Shown here one piece after another: positions 58,912 through 64,000 of a stretch of 64,000 nt of DNA (positions are counted from its first letter, which is position 1; every line of letters starts with the position of its first letter). A program made the position numbers and the translations under genes. The notes beneath the pieces were generated by a model. That model saw only the letters and a program-made list of their open reading frames with translations, made no database searches and was not told the origin of the DNA. The stretch is from Smithella sp. (GTDB lineage: Bacteria > Desulfobacterota > Syntrophia > Syntrophales > Smithellaceae): the NCBI GenBank assembly GCA_017993615.1, contig JAGOMJ010000006.1:1128-65127 (forward strand), given 5' to 3'.

Positions 58912-58965
58912 GCTTATCTCCCTTCCTGTAGCGTCAGTTTCAAATCGTTATGGAATATTGACGTC

Positions 58966-59499
58966 CTATAACTCGGCCATGGCGTCTTTGCCTTCTCCGG
59001 CAGCAGCCTTCTTCATATTGATAATATCGGAGGCGGTTATGACTTTTTCAATATCCAGGAGCAGGCGGACGCGTCCGCCGGTTTTGCCCACTCCCAAAAG
59101 ATATTCCGGATTAACATCGCCGCCGAAAGAAGGTGTATCCTCAATATCCCCGGATGCAATATTAATCACCTCAGAAACTTTATCGACCAGAATACCCATC
59201 ATCATACTGGTGGTCTTGATGACAATGATACAGGTCTCGTCGGTAATCTGAGTTTCCTCCATGCCGAATTTGATCTTTAAATCCATAATGGGATGGATTT
59301 TACCCCGCAAATTGATGACGCCCCGGATATATCTGGACGTCAGCGGTACAGGAGTAATCGGCATCCGGCCGATAATCTCCTGAACCTTTAATATTTCGAC
59401 TCCGTATTCTTCACTGGCCAGAAAAAAAGTCAGATACTTACCGGCCCGGGAATCGGCATTGGCAGATTGATCGTTTTTTACTGCATTTGCATTGTTCAT
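58966..59499 (-). CDS. cheW: Chemotaxis coupling protein CheW
   Basis: KYLTFFLASEEYGVEILKVQEI, IRGVINLRGKI.PI.DL and VGKTGGRVRLLLDIEKV. Confidence 0.9.
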   Translation of the reverse strand: MNNANAVKNDQSANADSRAGKYLTFFLASEEYGVEILKVQEIIGRMPITPVPLTSRYIRGVINLRGKIHPIMDLKIKFGMEETQITDETCIIVIKTTSMMMGILVDKVSEVINIASGDIEDTPSFGGDVNPEYLLGVGKTGGRVRLLLDIEKVITASDIINMKKAAAGEGKDAMAEL

Positions 59500-59526
59500 G
59501 CGTTCTCCTCCTGTTTGGCCTCTTTG

Positions 59527-61596
59527 TTAAGTTGTTGTATTGGTCTGCTGCCGGGCGATACTGACGATTCCCGAGGCATCCAGAATCAACCCCACGGTTC
59601 CGTCGCCCATAATCGCTCCACCGGCTATGCCCGGCACGTTATTCATTCCTTTGCCCAGCAATTTCGTCACAACTTGGGTCTGCCCTAAGAGTTCATCCAC
59701 GAAAAGAGCGCAGCGTTGTTTCCCTTCGCCGATCACCACCAGCAGGCCGGATGTTAAATCGGTAAGGGAATCAGGGATATCGAAAAAGCGATACAGTCTG
59801 ATGACAGGAACCATTTCATCCCGGAATGACAGCATTTCCGCTCGCTGGTTAACTGTGTGAATATCGGATTCCTGCGGCCTGACCGCTTTGTGAATATTTG
59901 CCGTCGGCAAAATATATCGTTGGGAGCCCACCTTGACGATCATCCCGTCGGTAATGGCCATCGTCAGAGGCATCCTCATGATGAAGGTACAGCCCTGACC
60001 TTCAGTGGTTTGAACCTCTATCCGGCCCCTCAGGGCTTCAACGGCCTGCTTCACCACATCCATACCGACACCCCGGCCGGAAACCTCCGTCACCTTTTCA
60101 GCCGTTGAAAATCCCGGCAGAAATATCATTTGCCAGACTTCCTGATCCGTCATGCGTTCGGCAGAATCTATCAATCCTTTTTGTATCGCTTTATTCACGA
60201 TGGTCTGACGGTTCATACCCCGGCCGTCATCCCAGACCGTCAGCATAATGCTGCCCTCAGCATGGCCGGCTGTCAGATAAATGCGCCCATTTTCTGATTT
60301 TCCTGCCCGGCGTCTTTCCTCCGGAAATTCAATGCCATGGTCAACCGCATTGCGGATCAAATGGATCAGAGGATCGGCCACCATGTCAACCATGTTGCGG
60401 TCTATTTCGATATCATCTCCTTCGGTAATACAGCTTACCATTTTACCGTGCTTCAGGGAAAGGTCCCGGGTAAGCCGCACCATTTTCTGGAACGTGCCCT
60501 TTAAGGGCACCATCCGCAAAAACATGCTCAAGTCGTGAAGTTCACGGACGATTTTTCCGGCCTGAGATATTTTTTTATTCAACTCATGATATTTGCCGCT
60601 GACAATCAGATTGTCCTGGCCTACCATGGTCTGGGCAATGACCAGTTCACCCACGGTATCCAGCAATTTATCCAACCGGTCCACTTTTACTCTGACCGTT
60701 GACTCGGTCATCTGCTCGCGAATCTTATTTGAGGAAGCGGATTGTTCCGACGATGCCTCCCCTTCCTTTTTTGCTATTTTCCCTCTGTTCGTTTTCGTAT
60801 AAGCCGGAGCCGCCGCTTCGGGTTCGACCATTGATTCCTCTGCCGGAATCGCCATTTCCTGCACCTGCTCATCGGGAACAAAGTTTCTCAGTGATTCCAG
60901 TAATCCCTGATAACCGCGGGGGAGTTCGATCTGCTGGCCCGGACCGGATGATTTCATTTGTTCCAGAATGCTCTTAATCACATCCAGTGATTTGAGAGCC
61001 AGATTGGCATAGCTTCTCGTGAAAACATGTTCTCCATCTCTGACTTTGGCCAGCACGGATTCCACCTGATGGGCAAGATCTTTGACACAATCCAGATTGA
61101 CAAAGGCGGATGTTCCCTTGATGGTGTGGAATCCTCGAAAAATTGTATTGAGTAATTCCTGGTTACCGGGATTCTGTTCCCAGTCCAGAATTGCGGATTC
61201 GGCCATCGTTGCCCATTCCATATTTTCGATAATGAATTCATTCAATAAATCCGCGTCAAGATCGGCGGACAACATAACGTGCTGGACGTCAATGCTGTCC
61301 GGTTCCCGGGCAGGTTCTACCTGAGACGTTTGTTCCGTCGTTGCAGAAATATCGGTTTCATCGCTTCCCATTGCCTGTTCCAGCAAAACTCCCAGACGGG
61401 CTATAATGTTGCGCTGAAGTTCCGGAACCTGGTCGACCATAGCATCCGCTTCAAAACAAGCTTCTTTCAAAATATTCTGAATACGTCCTTGGGTATTGTT
61501 GTAACAGGAAAGAAGATTTTTTTTAAATTCTTCTAAGTCGGCAGGATTTTCAGGATTCAGTTCTATCAATGATATGGCCAGACGATTTAAGTTCAT
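59527..61596 (-). CDS. cheA: Chemotaxis histidine kinase CheA
   Basis: HPt motif FRGFHTIKGTS. Also the dimerisation domain, the HATPase N/G1/G2 boxes (LIRNAVDHGIE, DDGRGM, GRGVGMDVV) and a C-terminal CheW-like domain. Confidence 0.95.
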   Translation of the reverse strand: MNLNRLAISLIELNPENPADLEEFKKNLLSCYNNTQGRIQNILKEACFEADAMVDQVPELQRNIIARLGVLLEQAMGSDETDISATTEQTSQVEPAREPDSIDVQHVMLSADLDADLLNEFIIENMEWATMAESAILDWEQNPGNQELLNTIFRGFHTIKGTSAFVNLDCVKDLAHQVESVLAKVRDGEHVFTRSYANLALKSLDVIKSILEQMKSSGPGQQIELPRGYQGLLESLRNFVPDEQVQEMAIPAEESMVEPEAAAPAYTKTNRGKIAKKEGEASSEQSASSNKIREQMTESTVRVKVDRLDKLLDTVGELVIAQTMVGQDNLIVSGKYHELNKKISQAGKIVRELHDLSMFLRMVPLKGTFQKMVRLTRDLSLKHGKMVSCITEGDDIEIDRNMVDMVADPLIHLIRNAVDHGIEFPEERRRAGKSENGRIYLTAGHAEGSIMLTVWDDGRGMNRQTIVNKAIQKGLIDSAERMTDQEVWQMIFLPGFSTAEKVTEVSGRGVGMDVVKQAVEALRGRIEVQTTEGQGCTFIMRMPLTMAITDGMIVKVGSQRYILPTANIHKAVRPQESDIHTVNQRAEMLSFRDEMVPVIRLYRFFDIPDSLTDLTSGLLVVIGEGKQRCALFVDELLGQTQVVTKLLGKGMNNVPGIAGGAIMGDGTVGLILDASGIVSIARQQTNTTT

Positions 61597-62013
61597 TTTC
61601 GAGATAATTGCCCCATCAAAAATTAAATTTTAAGAATCTGTTTGACACAAAAGAGAGTATTCCCATGAATAAACAATGGCTTTCATTAATCATTACGTTT
61701 TTTACGTTTTTTGTCAATATGATTGTTATGTTCCTAATTCGTTTATAATTATAGTATTTCCCCCCATTAGCACACCGAAACCGTCAAGCAATCAACCGTT
61801 GCGAATCGCCGATAGCTGTTCCGAAAATATTAATCATACATCATCCAAAAAAATCTTCATGCCGGAAGACAAACACTATTGAAAAAATCTATAGAATCTG
61901 TTTATAAAATATAATGTTATTTTATATTGCCGTATGTTAAAAAACAAATTAATAAAATTCTTCTTTTCCGATGAAGTATTATATGGTAACGACTACACGC
62001 AGAAGAGGTTTTT

Positions 62014-62394
62014 ATGATTAAAAAAATTTTGATTGTCGACGATTCACCGATATCCGTAAAAATCATTAAAAGTTGCGTTCCGAAAGATATGGGGTATGAA
62101 TTGTACGATGCGGCCGATGGTCAAATGGGTGTGGAAAAATACAAGGAGATTAAACCCGACCTCACCTTTATGGATTTAACCATGCCGGTCATGACCGGAT
62201 TTCAGGCTTTGGAAGAAATTATGAAAATGGATACAAAAGCCATGGTGATCATTCTGACCGCCGACGTGCAAATCAAGGCCATTGCCAAAGCACATGACTT
62301 GGGCGCTTTTTCAGTATTAAAAAAACCGCCTTCAAAAGAATCTGTCGCAGGGGCTATCAAAGAAGCAGAAGAAGCCCTGGCTTCCCGTGGGTAA
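62014..62394 (+). CDS. CheY-like single-domain response regulator
   Basis: ILIVDDSP, LTFMDLTMPVMTG and LKKP. Divergent from cheA. Confidence 0.85.
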   Translation: MIKKILIVDDSPISVKIIKSCVPKDMGYELYDAADGQMGVEKYKEIKPDLTFMDLTMPVMTGFQALEEIMKMDTKAMVIILTADVQIKAIAKAHDLGAFSVLKKPPSKESVAGAIKEAEEALASRG

Positions 62395-62397
62395 ATT

Positions 62398-63048
62398 ATG
62401 TCGCAAATGGATAACATTCAGGGTTTGATTACAAGCGCAGAAACCGATCTTCTTCAGGAGATTATGAATATCGCTTTCGGCCGGGCCGCCTCGGACCTGG
62501 CTGAATTTATAGATATTTTTGTTGTTCTCAGCGTTCCGCAGATCAAATTGCTGCCTGCATACCAGCTTCCGGACTATATCAATAGTGAAATCATGGACTA
62601 TGACCAGGATCGGGTATCCGTCGTCGAACAGAGTTTCTGGGGCAAATTCAAGGGCAACGCTCTTTTAGTTTTTCCTTCCGGAACCGGAAAAAGGATGATT
62701 TCTCTTTTTGATGGCAAGGATGAATTTTTTCAATCGGATCCCTCGCTGGAACAGGAAAAAGAAACCTTTCTGGAAATAGGCAATATATTGATCGGCGCAT
62801 GCATCGGAAAACTCGCGGAGCTTTTGGGCGACATTGCCACGTATTCGCCTCCCCGCGTTCTCGTTGAAAAAAGCCTACATCGCGTTTACGAAAGCATTAT
62901 CAACCCCGATAGTATGGCGATCGTTTTAAGAACGGTTTTTTCTTTTAACGAAAAGAATATCAGCGGCTTCATGTTTGTGCTCACCAAACAGGAATCATTT
63001 GCCTGGCTGAAAAATGCGTTGCACAAATTCCTCGAACAATACGAATAG
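62398..63048 (+). CDS. cheC: CheC-like chemotaxis phosphatase
   Basis: DLLQEIMNIAFGRAASDLA and a second repeat, FLEIGNILIGACIGKLAE, are the duplicated CheC E-x2-N-type motifs. Confidence 0.75.
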   Translation: MSQMDNIQGLITSAETDLLQEIMNIAFGRAASDLAEFIDIFVVLSVPQIKLLPAYQLPDYINSEIMDYDQDRVSVVEQSFWGKFKGNALLVFPSGTGKRMISLFDGKDEFFQSDPSLEQEKETFLEIGNILIGACIGKLAELLGDIATYSPPRVLVEKSLHRVYESIINPDSMAIVLRTVFSFNEKNISGFMFVLTKQESFAWLKNALHKFLEQYE

Positions 63049-63480
63049 CATCCTGAAAAGCAAAAATTGCTGAAGACGATGTATGGAACATTCTTTCATG
63101 ACTGACGCAGCGGCTTCATAACGGTTCCCAGCAGTTTCATCTTGTGATGATAGTCGTCTGCATCCACGTCTTTCTGCAGTTTCATCCCTGAACAAAATCC
63201 GGACACGGGCAAACGGCTTGGGAATCATGAATCTATCCTGACTTTGGGAAATCATGACGACAGGATAATAATATCAATATCGTTAAAAGAAACAAACCGT
63301 CGAAAGGAATTGCTGATGCAACGGACAAATCAGAATGTTTCCTCTGTGCAGATAATGATCGATCCATTCGAATTCATTTTCTATCGTCAGACGGAAGGTT
63401 GAGCAATAAAATCGGACCAACCGGAATATCATTTTTCCGGCGGTTACGGTTTCTGCCACATCACGCATCCTCTTCAACAT
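62995..63480 (-). pseudogene. Possible decayed DUF374-type (lysophospholipid acyltransferase-like) gene
   Basis: Track ORFs 63283..63480 and 62995..63255 are in the same frame. They are separated by ...CFF-TAA-R-Y-TGA-YYYPVV-M... The read-through (ILICPLHQQF...VVMISQSQD...) resembles the DUF374 pattern (vIla.WH.rl...v.vl.S.S.DGe). Downstream conservation is lost, and the 3' end overlaps cheC. Confidence 0.3.
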
Positions 63481-63813
63481 CTCCTTTTTCCCGTTTTTTG
63501 CGGTTCTAAAATAATCATGAAAGGTTTTCCCGTATACGTCGGAATTTAATTCAGCATGCTGTCAACGCACCTCCGTCTCCGGAGGTGTCCCGCAGATGAA
63601 TGCTATCAAATAGGGCATATCGTGGTATAATAAGAAGCATAAAATTTTGAAGCGTACATTCAACGATGCAGTCCCGGAATGTCGATTTTGTATATAATCC
63701 CGTGTACCGCTATGCGAAACCGGACTCTCGACAACTTCCTGATTCTTGCCTTGATTATGGTTTCGCGATTGTTTAAAAAAATTTTAGAAATTATTTTACA
63801 ACGGGCATAAACG

Positions 63814-64000
63814 ATGACGCATCTCAAATTAGTCGAAGCCATGCAGAAACCGGATTTTTATCCCCATCGTCCGGCTAATGTGGAATTCATCCAGACGCAT
63901 ATTTCCTATGTTTTTATCGCCGGCGATTATGTTTATAAAGTCAAAAAACCTTTAAAGTTTGATTTTCTGGATTTCACAACGCGGGAGAAACGAAAATTTT
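63814..64000 (+). CDS. N-terminus of an aminoglycoside-phosphotransferase-like / AAA bifunctional protein (COG2187-like), partial
   Basis: My translation from ATG 63814 is MTHLKLVEAMQKPDFYPHRPANVEFIQTHISYVFIAGDYVYKVKKPLKFDFLDFTTREKRKF. The QTHIS.VFL.G..VYK.KKP..F.FLDF pattern is characteristic of this family. It runs off the window edge. Confidence 0.55.
   Translation, partial: MTHLKLVEAMQKPDFYPHRPANVEFIQTHISYVFIAGDYVYKVKKPLKFDFLDFTTREKRKF

Overview
This is a 64-kb chromosomal window from a diderm (Gram-negative type) bacterium. The gene content (a CheC/CheD/CheX-type chemotaxis set, hemerythrin, Fe-SOD, a NirJ/Ahb-like radical SAM enzyme and many RND/TolC genes) fits an anaerobic Desulfobacterota-like organism, but that taxonomy is inference only. 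I recognised about 60 protein-coding genes and no rRNA, tRNA, CRISPR array, transposase, integrase or phage gene. ORF-track coordinates include the stop codon. Several track ORFs carry spurious 5' extensions, which I trimmed to the first start codon with a Shine-Dalgarno sequence or signal peptide.

Layout:
- 1-5.7 kb: redox and prenyltransferase genes plus an orphan PilB/MshE-like ATPase.
- 5.7-6.6 kb: an AT-rich non-coding stretch.
- 6.6-18.0 kb: eight tightly packed co-directional genes, described below.
- 18.4-21.9 kb: an alanine/glycine:cation symporter, xth and a DUF484-like gene.
- 22.2-30.2 kb: tetR, tolC, tolC, MFP, RND and a small P-II-like gene.
- 30.4-39 kb: an LsrF-like aldolase/thiolase, a Zn-ADH, a lipoprotein, hemerythrin, znuACB and sodB.
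- 39-51.3 kb: housekeeping genes (ihfB, rluB, scpBA, trpS, hup, UbiA plus radical SAM/SPASM, mltA, GNAT, recN, nadK, rdgC).
- 51.3-63 kb: a complete chemotaxis locus with two MCP paralogues that share a 460-bp block identical at the boundaries I aligned and in all translations I compared.

The eight-gene block at 6.6-18.0 kb is the best candidate for an undescribed system. It encodes a GNAT-like protein, an exported C69-like Ntn hydrolase, an MprF-flippase-like membrane protein, an exported FGase/PGA-hydrolase-like amidase, two stand-alone condensation-type acyltransferases, an adaptor-less RND permease and a PaaK/CapK-type adenylating ligase. I read it as an envelope lipid or lipo-amino-acid assembly, flipping, export and trimming module. 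It has no carrier protein and no NRPS modules.
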